Notes: a model not told the origin generated them from the sequence alone. Counted from the stretch's first letter, positions 22,148-34,160 are shown. The stretch is 64,000 bases of DNA from Squalus acanthias (GCA_030390025.1 JASTWF010000324.1:372001-436000), one strand, 5' to 3'. Numbers and translations: made by a program.

Positions 22148-23899
22148 ATGGAACGGATTCTGGTAGTGCTCGCGGCAATCGGATGTGGACTGGCCTATCG
22201 AGGCCGCACAAAGGATGTCGTGGTGTTTGGATGCTCCGGGGACACGGCCCCCATCGCGGTGGATGGGACCGGAAGGCGAGAGGCTGAGGAGACCGCCACT
22301 TATTTCCACAAAGGAAGGTGGCCAGGATGGCTGGGAACGAATTCAACTGAATATTCCTGTACATCGGGATTTGCCTACAAAGAGACTTCTTTAATGTGCC
22401 CCAAAGTGAGGATCATCGCACCCAGAGTGCCATTGAGCCGATGGTGGTGGCTACGAAAGCTGAGCAAAAACATGAGGAACTCTTCGGTCGAGTGGGAGCG
22501 ACTGGGTAATAATACGCATCGGACAATTACGGGGACTAACGGACAATTGAGAGTCTGTTGGGACAAATGGTGGGAACCGGATGAGGAAATCTATGTATGT
22601 ATGTGGGGGTCAAAGCACATTTGCCCCAAAGGCATCTCCATATTTTTCATCAATCAGTGGCAGGATAATGGGAAAGGGATGAGGTGGGATGCAAGCACCA
22701 GGGGGTGCGGGGCCCCATACTCTCCAATCCCGGTAAACGCCACTGAACTCATTACGCGCCCACGCAAGGCCCCGCCCACAATTCTGGTGGTTCTAGCTAA
22801 GGAAGAAGGGTGCCCTAAAACCAGGAAGGGACCCGGAAATGGTTTGGTACTGGTCCCTACAGACCAGCTACTATTTCAGGGGGTACATTACGCGGTGGCC
22901 TCGGTGATTTTAAACCTCACCGAGGTGCGGTTGCCGGAGTGGTGCCCCAAAGAGACGGAACAGTTATATCACGTCCTGTTGACCAAGATGTTTAGGCAAT
23001 TTTATGAGTTCGATTTCGCGGAAATTGATAAAACAAGTTTGTACACCGCACCACATGAAGTTTTGGGTCAGGTGGGGAGACAAAGAAGGGATGTTGTGAA
23101 CGACATGTTCACTGCTTTCAATGCAGGTACATCTGTGGTCAACGCTCTAGACAGCGTGGAGCTGCAGACCCAGATTAATGGCTTAAAAACACAATTGAAG
23201 AACATTCTCACAGATGAAAATAAGGTGGTTGGGTCTGGGTTACATGAGGACGAGGCCATGACGCTACACTTAAAGGAAATTATAGCAGAGCTGGAGAAGC
23301 ATGCGAGAACGGTAAATGCCCTGATTAGGGAAGATCGGAATGCATCCGATCAAGCTGCGCAGAATGAGGTGTGCGTGCTTTACGGGGCGTGGTTACTGTG
23401 CGAGGGCCGCAGTAATTTGGAGGATTTAAAACAAGGTTTGGTCCCTTCCTGGATAAGTAACAAACATCTGCAGGCGATCCACCCTTTTCAGAACGCATTA
23501 AGCCCGTGCCAGCTCAAGCTAGCTTCAGAAGCATACCCAATCCCCGTGGACTGCGGACGGTCAAATCATACCATTATGGGTGTAGTTTTACGTATGCCGG
23601 TTTTGGGTGACACAGCAAAGCCCGCCCCGGTGTATCGGGTAGAGAACATTGGTGTCATTCAGGGGGGAGCCCACATTCGCTATGCAACGGTTCCACCTTA
23701 CGTCATCCGCTGGGAGCAAACGATGACAGGTACAGATCTCTCTGGTTGTCGTGGCAGGGGAGCACACATAATCCTGTGTCCCCAGCACTTGAATGCCTTT
23801 TTATCACCACAGTGCGGGTTCAGAACGGCTGGCGCCAAGCCCATGAATTGCAACATGGAGGCAATGGCACAAGATCGGGTTAGATACAGCACGGGTTAG
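22148..23899 (+). CDS. env: Envelope/fusion glycoprotein, C-terminally truncated
   Basis: ATG 22148 follows a splice-acceptor-like ctgatcacAG (22133-22134). Signal peptide MERILVVLAAIGCGLA, several NxS/T sequons, furin site RQRR (23078-23089), fusion-peptide-like segment, heptad repeat and Cys-rich region. No TM helix; the stop codon is supplied by the satellite. Confidence 0.82.
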   Translation: MERILVVLAAIGCGLAYRGRTKDVVVFGCSGDTAPIAVDGTGRREAEETATYFHKGRWPGWLGTNSTEYSCTSGFAYKETSLMCPKVRIIAPRVPLSRWWWLRKLSKNMRNSSVEWERLGNNTHRTITGTNGQLRVCWDKWWEPDEEIYVCMWGSKHICPKGISIFFINQWQDNGKGMRWDASTRGCGAPYSPIPVNATELITRPRKAPPTILVVLAKEEGCPKTRKGPGNGLVLVPTDQLLFQGVHYAVASVILNLTEVRLPEWCPKETEQLYHVLLTKMFRQFYEFDFAEIDKTSLYTAPHEVLGQVGRQRRDVVNDMFTAFNAGTSVVNALDSVELQTQINGLKTQLKNILTDENKVVGSGLHEDEAMTLHLKEIIAELEKHARTVNALIREDRNASDQAAQNEVCVLYGAWLLCEGRSNLEDLKQGLVPSWISNKHLQAIHPFQNALSPCQLKLASEAYPIPVDCGRSNHTIMGVVLRMPVLGDTAKPAPVYRVENIGVIQGGAHIRYATVPPYVIRWEQTMTGTDLSGCRGRGAHIILCPQHLNAFLSPQCGFRTAGAKPMNCNMEAMAQDRVRYSTG

Positions 23900-26800
23900 A
23901 TACAGAGTAATGCTACCTCTACACCGTCCCATCAAACACTCCCAGGGCAGGTACAGCACGGGTTAGATACAGAGTAAAGCTCCCTCTACACTGTCCCATC
24001 AAACACTCCCAGGGCAGGTACAGCACGGGTTAGATACAGAGTAAAGCTCCCTCTACACTGTCCCATCAAACACTCCCAGGGCAGGTATAGCACGTGTTAG
24101 ATACAGAGGAAAACTCCCTCTACACTGTCCCATCAAACACTCCCAGGGCAGGTACAGCACGGGGTTAGATACAGAGTAAAGCTCCCTCTACACTGTCCCA
24201 TCAAACACTCCCAGGGCAGGTACAGCACGGGGAAGATACAGAGTAAAGCTCCCTCTACACTGTCCTATCAAACACTCCCAGGGCAGGTACAGCACGGGGT
24301 TGCATACAGAGGAAAGCTCCCTCTACACTGTCCCATCAAACACTCCCAGGGCAGGTACAGCACGGGGTTAGATACAGAGTAAAGCTCCCTCTACACTGTC
24401 CCATAAAACACTCCCAGGGCAGGTACAGTACAGGGTTAGGTACAGAGTAATGCTACCTCTACACCGTCACATCAAACACTCCCAGGACAGGTACAGCACG
24501 GGTTAGATACAGAGTAAAGCTCCCTCTACACTGTCCCATCAAACACTCCCAGGGCAGGTGCAGCACGGGTTAGATACAGAGTAAAGCTCCCTCTACACTG
24601 TCGCATCAGACACTCCCAGGGCAGGTACAGCAAGGGATCGATACAGAGTAAAGCTCCCTCTACACTGTCCCATCAAACACTCCCAGGGCAGGTACAGCAC
24701 AGGTTAGATTCAGAGTAAAGCTCCCACTACACTGTCCCATCAAACACTCCCAGGGCAGGTACAGCACGGGGTAGATACAGAGTAAAGATCCCTTAACACT
24801 GTCCCATCAAGCACTCCCAGGGCAGGTACAGCACAGGTTAGATACAGAGTAAAGCTCCCTCTACACTGTCCCATCAAACACTCCCAGGTCAGGTACAGCA
24901 CGGGGTAGATACAGAGGAAAGCTCACTCTACACTGTCCCATCAAACACTCCCAGGCCAGGTACAGCACGGGTTAGATACAGAGTAAAGCTCCCTCTACAC
25001 TGTCCCATCAAACACTCCCAGGGCAGGTACAGCACGGGTTAGATACAGAGTAAAGCTCCCTCTACACTGTCCCATCAAACACTCCCAGGGCAGTTACAGC
25101 ACGGGTTAGATACAGAGTAAAACTCCCTCTACACTGTCCCATCAAACACTCCCAGGGCAGGTACAGCACAGGTTAGATACAGAGTAAAGCTCCCTCTACA
25201 CTGTTCCAACAAACACCCCCAGGGCAGATACAGCACGGGTTAGATACAGAGCAAAGCTCCCTCTACACTGTCCCCATCAAATACTCCCAGGGCAGGTACA
25301 GCACGGGTTAGATACAGAGTAAAGCTCCCTCTACACTGTCCCATCAAACACTCCCAGGGCAGGTACAGCACGGGTTAGATACAGAGTAAAGCTCCCTCTA
25401 CACTGTCCCATCAAACACTCCCAGGGCAGGTACAGCACGGGGAAGATACAGAGTAAAGCTCCCTCTACACTGTCCCATGAAACACTCCCAGGACAGGTAC
25501 AGCACGGGACAGATACAGAGTAAAGCTCCCTCTACACTGTCCCATCAAACACTCCCAGGGCAGGTACAGCACAGGTTAGATAAAGAGTAAAGCTACCTCT
25601 ACACTTTCCCATCAAACGCTCCCAGGGCAGGTACAGCACGGGGTTAGATACAGAGTAATGCTACCTCTACACCGTCCCATCAAACACTCCCAGGACAGGT
25701 ACAGCACGGGTTAGATACAGAGTAAAGCTCCCTCTACACTGTCCCATCAAACACTCCCAGGGCAGGTACAGCACGGGTTAGATACAGAGTAAAGCTCCCT
25801 CTACACTGTCCCATCAAACACTCCCAGGGCAGGTATAGCACGTGTTAGATACAGAGGAAAACTCCCTCTACACTGTCCCATCAAACACTCCCAGGGCAGG
25901 TACAGCACGGGGTTAGATACAGAGTAAAGCTCCCTCTACACTGTCCCATCAAACACTCCCAGGGCAGTTACAGCACGGGTTAGATACAGAGTAAAACTCC
26001 CTCTACACTGTCCCATCAAACACTCCCAGGGCAGGTACAGCACAGGTTAGATACAGAGTAAAGCTCCCTCTACACTGTTCCAACAAACACCCCCAGGGCA
26101 GATACAGCACGGGTTAGATACAGAGCAAAGCTCCCTCTACACTGTCCCCATCAAATACTCCCAGGGCAGGTACAGCACGGGTTAGATACAGAGTAAAGCT
26201 CCCTCTACACTGTCCCATCAAACACTCCCAGGGCAGGTACAGCACGGGGAAGATACAGAGTAAAGCTCCCTCTACACTGTCCCATGAAACACTCCCAGGA
26301 CAGGTACAGCACGGGACAGATACAGAGTAAAGCTCCCTCTACACTGTCCCATCAAACACTCCCAGGGCAGGTACAGCACAGGTTAGATAAAGAGTAAAGC
26401 TACCTCTACACTTTCCCATCAAACGCTCCCAGGGCAGGTACAGCACGGGGTTAGATACAGAGTAATGCTACCTCTACACCGTCCCATCAAACACTCCCAG
26501 GACAGGTACAGCACGGGTTAGATACAGATTAAAGCTCCCTCTACACTGTCCCATCAAACAAACCCAGGGCAGGTACAGCACGGGGTTAGATACAGAGTAA
26601 AGCTCCGTCTACACTGTCCCGTCAAACACTCCCAGGGCAGGTACAGCACGGGTTAGATACAGAGTAAAGCTCCCTCTACACTGTCGCATCAAACACTCCC
26701 AGGGCAGGTACAGCACGGGATAGATACAGAGTAAAACTCCCTCTACTCTGTCCCATCAAACACTCCCAGGGCAGGTACAGCACGGGTTAGATACAGAGTA

Positions 26801-27780
26801 AAGCTCCCTCTACACTGTCCCAACAAACACTCCCAGGGCAGGTACAGCACGGGTTAGATACAGAGTAAAGGTCCCTCTACACTGTCCCATCAAAAACTCC
26901 CAGGGCAGGTACAGCACGGGTTAGATACAGAGTAAAACTCCCTCTACACTGTCCCATCAAACACTCCCAGGCCAGGTACAGCACAGGTTAGATACAGAGT
27001 AAAGCTCCCTCTACACTGTCCCATCAAACACTCCCAGGGCAGGTACAGCACGGGTTAGATACAGCGTAAAGCTCCCTCTACACTGTCCCCATCAAACACT
27101 CCCAAGGCAGGTACAACACGCGTTAGATACATAGTAAAGCTCCCTCTACACTGTCCCATCAAACACTCCCAGGGCAGGTACAGCACGGGTGAGATACAGA
27201 GTAAAGGTCCCTCTACACTGTCCCATCAAACACTCCCAGGGCAGGTACAGCACGGGTTAGATACAGAGTAAAACTCCCTCTACACTGTCCCATCAAACTC
27301 TCCCAGGGCAGGTACAGCACGGGTATGATGCAGAGTATAGCCCCCTCTACACTGTCCCATCAAACACTCCCAGGCCAGGTACAGCACGGGTTAGATACAG
27401 AGGAAAGCTCCCTCTACACTGTCCCATCAAACACTCCCAGGGCAGGTACAGCACGGGGTTAGATACAGAGTAAAGCTCCCTCTACACTGTCCCATCAAAC
27501 ACTCCCAGGGCAGGTACATCACGGCATTATATACAGAGTAAAGCTCCCTCTACACTGTCCCATCAAACACTCCCAGGGCAGGTACAGCACGGGGTTAGAT
27601 ACAGAGTAAAGCTCCCTCTACACTGTCCCATCAAACACTCCCAGGGCAGGTGCAGCACGGGTTAGATACAGAGTAAAGCTCCCTCTACACTGTCCCATCA
27701 AACACTCCCAGGGCAGGTACAGCACGGGTTAGAGACAGAGTAAAGCTCCCTCTACACTGTCCCATCAAACACTCGCAGGG
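23877..27780 (+). repeat. 67-bp satellite array (~58 units)
   Basis: Same unit as 1014-3811, fused directly to the truncated env. Confidence 0.97.
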
Positions 27781-27783
27781 GAG

Positions 27784-28138
27784 ACAAGAAAGAAAGAATG
27801 TAAAACTTGCATTTATATAGCGTCATTCATGACCTCATGACTTCCCAATGTGCTTTACAGCCAATGAAGTACGTTAGAAGTGTAGTCACTGTTGTAATAT
27901 TAGAAACATGGCAGCCAATTGTACACAGCGAGCTCCCACAAACAGCATTGCAATAATGCCCAAATAATCTGTTTTAGTGTTGTTGATTGAGGGATAAATA
28001 CTTGCCCAGACACCTCATCCAAAGGACGGCACCTCCGACAGTGCAGCGCTCCCTCAACACTGCACTGGAGTGTCAGCCTCGATTTATGTGCTCAAGTCTC
28101 TGGACTGGAACTTGAACCCACAACCTTCTGACTCAGAG
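27784..28138 (-). mobile_element. DeuSINE-type SINE, internally deleted
   Basis: Reverse of the head (cttgaacccacaaccttctgactcagag) and tail (cttgcatttatatagcg) seen in the copy at 41345-41795. Confidence 0.8.
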
Positions 28139-29640
28139 GTGTATGTTTGTGTGTTGGTGTATGTGTGAGTGTGTCTGTGTCTGAGTATGCACATGTGTTT
28201 GTGTGTCTATGTGTATCTGTGTTTGTATATGTCTGCGTTGGTGTGTGTTTGTGTGAGTATGCGAGTGTGTGTGAGTGTGTGTGAGTGTGTGAGAGTGCGT
28301 TTGAAGTGTGCGAGTGTGAGTGTGTGAGTGTGTGTGAGTGTGCGAGTCTGTGTGAGTGTGTGAATGCATGAGTGTGTGAGAGTGTGAGAGTGCATTTGAG
28401 TGTGCGAGTGTGTGAGTGTGTGTGAGTGTGTGTTTGAGTGTGTGAGTGTGTGTTACTCTGTGTGAGTGTGAGTGAGTGTGAGTGTGTGAGTGTGATTGTG
28501 TGTTAATGTGTGTGTGAGTGTGTGTTAATGTGTGTGTGTGAGTGTGTGAGTGTGTGTTAGTGTATGTGTGAGTGTGTGTGTGTGAGTGTGATTGTGTGTG
28601 TGTGTGTGAGTGTGTGATTGTGTGTGTGTGAGAGTGATTGTGTGTGTAAGTGTGAGTTTGTGTGTGAGTGTGAGTGTGTGAGTGTGAGTGTGTGTTAGTG
28701 TATGTGTGAGTAAGTGTGAGTGTATGTGCATGTGTGTGAGAGTGAGTGAGTGTGTGTGAGTGTGAGTGTGTGAGTGTGAGTGTGTGAGTGTGTGTGAGTG
28801 AGTGTGTGTGAGTGAGTTTGATTGTGAGTGTGTGAGTGTGCGTGAGTGTATGAGTGTGTGTGAGTGTGAGTATGTGAGTGTGAGTGAGTGTGTGAGTGTG
28901 AGTACGTGAGTGTGCGACTGTGAGTGTGTGAGCGTGAGTTTCTGTGTATGTGTGAGTGTGTGTTAATGTGTGTGTGTGAGTGTGTGAGTATGAGTGTGTG
29001 TTAGTGCATGTGCGAGTGAGTGTGAGTGTGTGAGTGTATGACTGTGTGTGAGTGTCAGTGTGGGTGTGTGAGTGTGAATGTGTGAATGTGTGTGTGTGAG
29101 TGTGGGTGAGGGTGTGTGCATGTGTGTAAGTGTGTGTGAGTGTGTGTTTGTGAGTTTGTGAGTGTGAGTGAGTGTGTGTGAGTGTGAGTTTGTGAGTTTG
29201 AGTATGAGTGTGTGAGTGTGAGTGAGTGTGAGTGTGTGTGTGTGAGTGTGTGTGTGAGAGTGCGTGTGTGAGTGTGTGTGTGTGAGTGAGTGTGTGTGAG
29301 AGTGTGTGAGTGAGTGTGTGTGTGAGTGAGTGTGTGAGTGTGTGATTTTGAATGTGTGTGTGAGTGTGAGAGAGTGTATGAGTGTGTGTGAGTTTGAGTG
29401 TGTGTGGGTGAGTGTGAGTTTGTGAGTTTGAGTATGAGTGTGTGAGTGTGAGTGAGTGTGAGTGTGTGTGTGAGTGTGAGTTTGTGAGTTTGAGTATGAG
29501 TGTGTGAGTGTGAGTGAGTGTTTGAGTGTGTGAGTTTGAGTGTGAGTATGTGAGTGTGAGTGAGTGTGAGTTTGAGTGTGAGTGTGAGTGTGTGAGTGTG
29601 AGTGAGTGTGTGAGTTTGTGAGTTTGAGTGTGAGTGAGTG
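28139..29640. repeat. (TG/AG)n low-complexity tract running into the gap
   Basis: G/T/A dinucleotide mosaic. Reverse complement of ~61089-62475. Confidence 0.95.
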
Positions 29641-30140
29641 NNNNNNNNNNNNNNNNNNNNNNNNNNNNNNNNNNNNNNNNNNNNNNNNNNNNNNNNNNNN
29701 NNNNNNNNNNNNNNNNNNNNNNNNNNNNNNNNNNNNNNNNNNNNNNNNNNNNNNNNNNNNNNNNNNNNNNNNNNNNNNNNNNNNNNNNNNNNNNNNNNNN
29801 NNNNNNNNNNNNNNNNNNNNNNNNNNNNNNNNNNNNNNNNNNNNNNNNNNNNNNNNNNNNNNNNNNNNNNNNNNNNNNNNNNNNNNNNNNNNNNNNNNNN
29901 NNNNNNNNNNNNNNNNNNNNNNNNNNNNNNNNNNNNNNNNNNNNNNNNNNNNNNNNNNNNNNNNNNNNNNNNNNNNNNNNNNNNNNNNNNNNNNNNNNNN
30001 NNNNNNNNNNNNNNNNNNNNNNNNNNNNNNNNNNNNNNNNNNNNNNNNNNNNNNNNNNNNNNNNNNNNNNNNNNNNNNNNNNNNNNNNNNNNNNNNNNNN
30101 NNNNNNNNNNNNNNNNNNNNNNNNNNNNNNNNNNNNNNNN
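29641..30140. other. Assembly gap (500 N)
   Basis: Run of N. Confidence 1.
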
Positions 30141-30342
30141 CCCAGCCTCTGACCTGCTCTTGTTGCCACAGTATTTTTCTGGCTGGTCCAGTTAAGTTTC
30201 TGGTCAATGGTGACTCCCAGGATGTTAACGGTGGGGGATTTGGCGATGGTAATGCCGTTGAATGTCAAAGGGCGGTGATTAGACTCTCGCTTGTTGGAGA
30301 TAGTCATTGCCTGGCACTTGTGTGGCGCGAATGTTACCTGCC
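30141..30342 (-). mobile_element. CR1-clade LINE RT C-terminal fragment
   Basis: Minus strand reads 'PLTFNGITIAKSPTVNILGVTIDQKLNWTSQKNTVATRAGQRL'. Confidence 0.75.
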
Positions 30343-31424
30343 AATTATGGTGGAGCGACTAAAATCAGGGATTCGCAAGAGGCCAGAATTGTAGAAGCGC
30401 AGAGATCTCGGAGGGCTGGAGCATAAAAGCACCTTGAAGGTTAATTACTTCAGGGTCAGCGCTGGGAGCAGGCGTGAGGGTCACGACTGGGTCATTGACA
30501 GTGATGGTTCCTACCAACCTTCAAGTTCAGCAAGAGTGCAGTCTCCGAACACATAGTCCAACGCAGTGCTGCCGTTGATCAATCTGAGACTGTGGACAGT
30601 GTCCAGACCCCGATCCAAGGCAAATGTACTTTCTGTGATTTCAATAGTTTGTTCCGCACACAGAATGACTCTGTGCCCATGTGTCAGTAACTCTACACCG
30701 GCCTAGTTACTGATGAGCCGTTTACACAGAAGTGTCCAGTTCCTTAATCCTGGCTCCTTGAACAGAGGCATGCGTTACAGAAGAATTATGTCCCATTCAT
30801 TTATCTACAGCCTGTAATGTTCCTCTTGAATGTCTATTCATCCCAGCTCAGCTTTCACTGGATTTCGAACAGGCTTTAATCCATCCGACATCAATGCAAA
30901 CCATTCATTACACGATTAATTGATGTTTGTTGAAATCTGCCCGAGTATAAATACCATGAACGGCCAACTTATTAGGCATGGAAGAACTATTAATATCAAA
31001 ATGAAATAGGTATTGACACGGGGACAGAGGGTGTTTCTCACTCAGTGCTGTAGAACAGGACAAAGTTCCACTCAGTTATCAATTAGACCCGGTTACACAG
31101 AATATTACTGCCCAGAAACAGGCCATTCGGCCCAACAGGTCCATGCTGGTGTTTCTGCTCCACACCAGCCTCCTCCCACCTTACTTCATCTCACCCTGTC
31201 ACCATATCCTTCTGTTCCTTTCTCCCTCATGTGTTTATCCGGCTTCCCCTTAAATGCAGCTCTGCTATTCGCCTCAACCACTCCCTGTGTTCGTTGGGGA
31301 TGATTTGTAGCTTCGGCCATTGGGGAATTGGGGGGTTAATATTGGGTCGTATCTCAGCCAGCAAAGAGGGCATTGACGCCATGTCTGGAGTGGCCTTTAT
31401 TGTTCCGAAACATAGATTCATAAA

Positions 31425-32236
31425 ATAGATTCATAGAAACTTACAGAACAGAAGGAGGCCATTCGGCCCATCGTGCCTGTGCCGGCTCTTTGAAAGAGCT
31501 CTCCAATCAGTCCCACTCCCCAGCTTTTTGTCTGTAGCCCTGTGAGCTCCTCATCCTCCAGTACCCGGCCGACTCCCTTTTAAAATTATTGATGGAATCA
31601 GCTTCCACCACCTTTTCAGGTCGAGTGTTCCCGATCCCCACAACTCAGTGAAAACATTTAAGAACATAAGAAATAGGAGCAGGAGTCGGCCATTCGGCCC
31701 CTCGAGCCTGCTCCGCCATTCAGTAAGATCATGGCTGATCTTCGACCTCAACTCCACTTTCCCGCCCGATCTCCATATCCCTCGATTCCCCTAGAGTCCA
31801 AAAATCTATCGATCTCAGCCTTGAATATACTCAATGACTGAGCATCCACAGCCCTCTGGGGCAGAGAATTCCAAAGATTCACAACCCTCTGAGTGAAGAA
31901 ATTCCTCCTCATCTCAGTCTTAAATGGCCGACCCCTTATCCTGAGACTGTGACCCCTAGTTCTAGACTCTCCAGCCAGGGGAAACAACCTCTCAGCATCT
32001 ACCCTGTCAATCCCCTTCAATCTTATATGTTTCAATGAGATCACCTCTCATTCTTCTAAACTCCAGAGAGTATCGGCCCATTCTACACAATCTCTCCTCA
32101 TAGGACAGCCCTCTCCTCCCAGGAATCAATCTAGTGAGCCTTCGTTGCACCGCCTCCAAGGCAAGTATATCCTTCCTCGGGTAAGGAGACCAGAACTGCG
32201 CACAGTACTCCAGGTGTGGTCTCACCAAAGCCCTCA
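31425..32236 (-). mobile_element. CR1 LINE 3' fragments (two adjacent tails)
   Basis: '[17 protein letters not shown]...[12 protein letters not shown]' and 'RRNFFTQRVVNLWNSLP'. Reverse tails agattcata and aagaacataagaa. Confidence 0.88.
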
Positions 32237-32819
32237 TCTCCCCTCTCGATCTTTTTCCAATGATTTTGAACCCTGGAGTATTTGAAAGAGACAGGAAGCA
32301 AAAACTGAACAGGATTTGGGGGGGTGGGGGGGGGGGGCGGAGGTGAAGAGTTTTGGGAAATGGTCAATGGTGAGGTCAAAGAATAGACCATGGAAGATCT
32401 GTAGGTGACGCAGCAAAGCGGGGGTGGGGTTTAATTCGAGAGAGGAGGGAACTGATGGGTGATGGCGCTGCACTATCAGTGGAGCAAGAGGAAGGGTCTG
32501 CAGTGATAGGGGGAGGTCCCAGATGGGGTTCGTACCCTCAAAAGCTTGTTAAAAAATCAATAAAAATTACATTGCGTTCTGTAACATTATTCGCTTCCCG
32601 TATTTCCATGCGATCAGCAAATCAGGCTTATAACCAGGTGAGTTGTGTAACATTAATCAGCACTGATTAATAAGTCACAGTGGGACGCTCCATCTACTCT
32701 ATCAGATCCTTTCATAAAAACAGAAAATGCTGGAAACACTCAGCAGGTCAGGCAGCGACTGTGGAGAGAGAAACAGAGTCAACGTTTCAGGTCACTGACA
32801 TTTCATCACAAATATCGAA

Positions 32820-33000
32820 TCCCTTTATCATTTTAAACACATCACCTCTCAACCTTCAAATCTCATGTGAAGACAAACCAAGTTTATGCAACCTGTCCTC
32901 ATAATTTACCCCTTTTAGCTCCGGGATCATTCTGGAGAATCTGCGCTGCCCCCCCTCCAAGGCCAATATATCCTTCCTGAGGTGCGGGGCCCAGAACTGG
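32820..33000 (-). mobile_element. CR1 LINE fragment
   Basis: '[37 protein letters not shown]'. Confidence 0.8.
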
Positions 33001-33159
33001 ATGGGTTCAAGGACCACCTGCCCACCTGGGCTCCTATTGTACCAATCTCTGCCAGTTTCCGCCTCCCCTCCTGAAGTCGCGAGTCTTGCTGGGGTACGGG
33101 TCAGTGTGACACTGTCACGCTCAGTCTTCACATGTGCGTCTGGACACGGGATGTTGGCA

Positions 33160-34160
33160 GACTTGCATTTCTATAGCGCCTTTCACCACCTCAGGACGTC
33201 CCAAAGCGCTTTACAGAAAGTGAAGTACTTTTTGAAGTGTAGTCACTGTTGTAATGTACGAAACGCGGCTGCCAATTTGCACACAGCAAGCTCCCACAAA
33301 CAGCAATGTGATAAATGATTGGATAATCTGTTTTAGTGATGTTGGTTGAGGGATAAATATTGGCCCAAGACACCGGGAAGAACTCCCCTGCTCTTCTTCG
33401 AAATAGTGGCCATGGGATCTTTTACGTCCACCTGACAGAGCAGACGGAGCCTCGGTTTAATGTCTCATCCGAAAGACGGCACCTCCGACAGTGCAGCGCT
33501 CCCTCAGTACTGCCCCTCCGACAGTGTGGCACTCCCTCAGTGCTGCCCCTCCGACAGTGCAGCACTCCCTCAGTACTGCCCCGACAGTGCCGCACTCCCT
33601 CAGTGCTGCCCCTCCGACAGTGCAGCACTCCCTCAGTACTGCCCCTCCGACAGTGCAGCACGCCCTCAGTACTGCCCCTCTGACAGTGCAGCACTCCCTC
33701 AATACTGCCCCTCCGACAGTGCAGCACTCCCTCAGTACTGCACCTCCGACAGTGCAGCGCTCCCTCAGTACTGCCCCTCCGACAATGCGGCGCTCCCTCA
33801 GTACTGCCCCTCCGACAGTGCGGCGCTCCCTCAGTACTGCCCCTCCGACAGTGCGGTGCTCCCTCAGTACTGCCCCTCCGACAGTGCAGACTGCCCCTCC
33901 GACAGTGCGGCACTCCCTCAGTACTGCCCCTCCGACAGTGCAGCACTCCCTCAGTACTGCCCCTCCGACAGTGCGGCACTCCCTCAGTACTGCCCCTCCG
34001 ACAGTGCAGCACTCCCTCAGTACTGCCCCTCCGACAGTGCAGCACTCCCTCAGTACTGCCCCTCCGACAGTGCAGCACTCCCTCAGTAGTGCATGAATTT
34101 TGTGCTCTGGTCTCTGGAGTGGGATTTGAACCCACAACCTTTTGACCCAGAGGTGAGAGT
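33160..34160 (-). mobile_element. DeuSINE-type SINE with an internal 33-bp tandem expansion (~33483-34088)
   Basis: Same structure as 5630-6876, with ~18 units. Confidence 0.85.

Larger units (their letters stand above)
17004..23880 (+). mobile_element. Endogenous retrovirus-like LTR element, pol-less: LTR-PBS-gag-(in-frame ORF X)-env; 3'-truncated
   Basis: TG...CA LTR, tRNA PBS, CCHC-knuckle gag and signal-peptide/furin-site env in colinear order. No protease, RT, RNase H or integrase motifs between gag and env. Flanked by the 67-bp satellite on both sides. Confidence 0.88.

Noticed and set aside
28963..30394. ORFs spanning the N run
   Set aside because: Artefacts of translating through the assembly gap.
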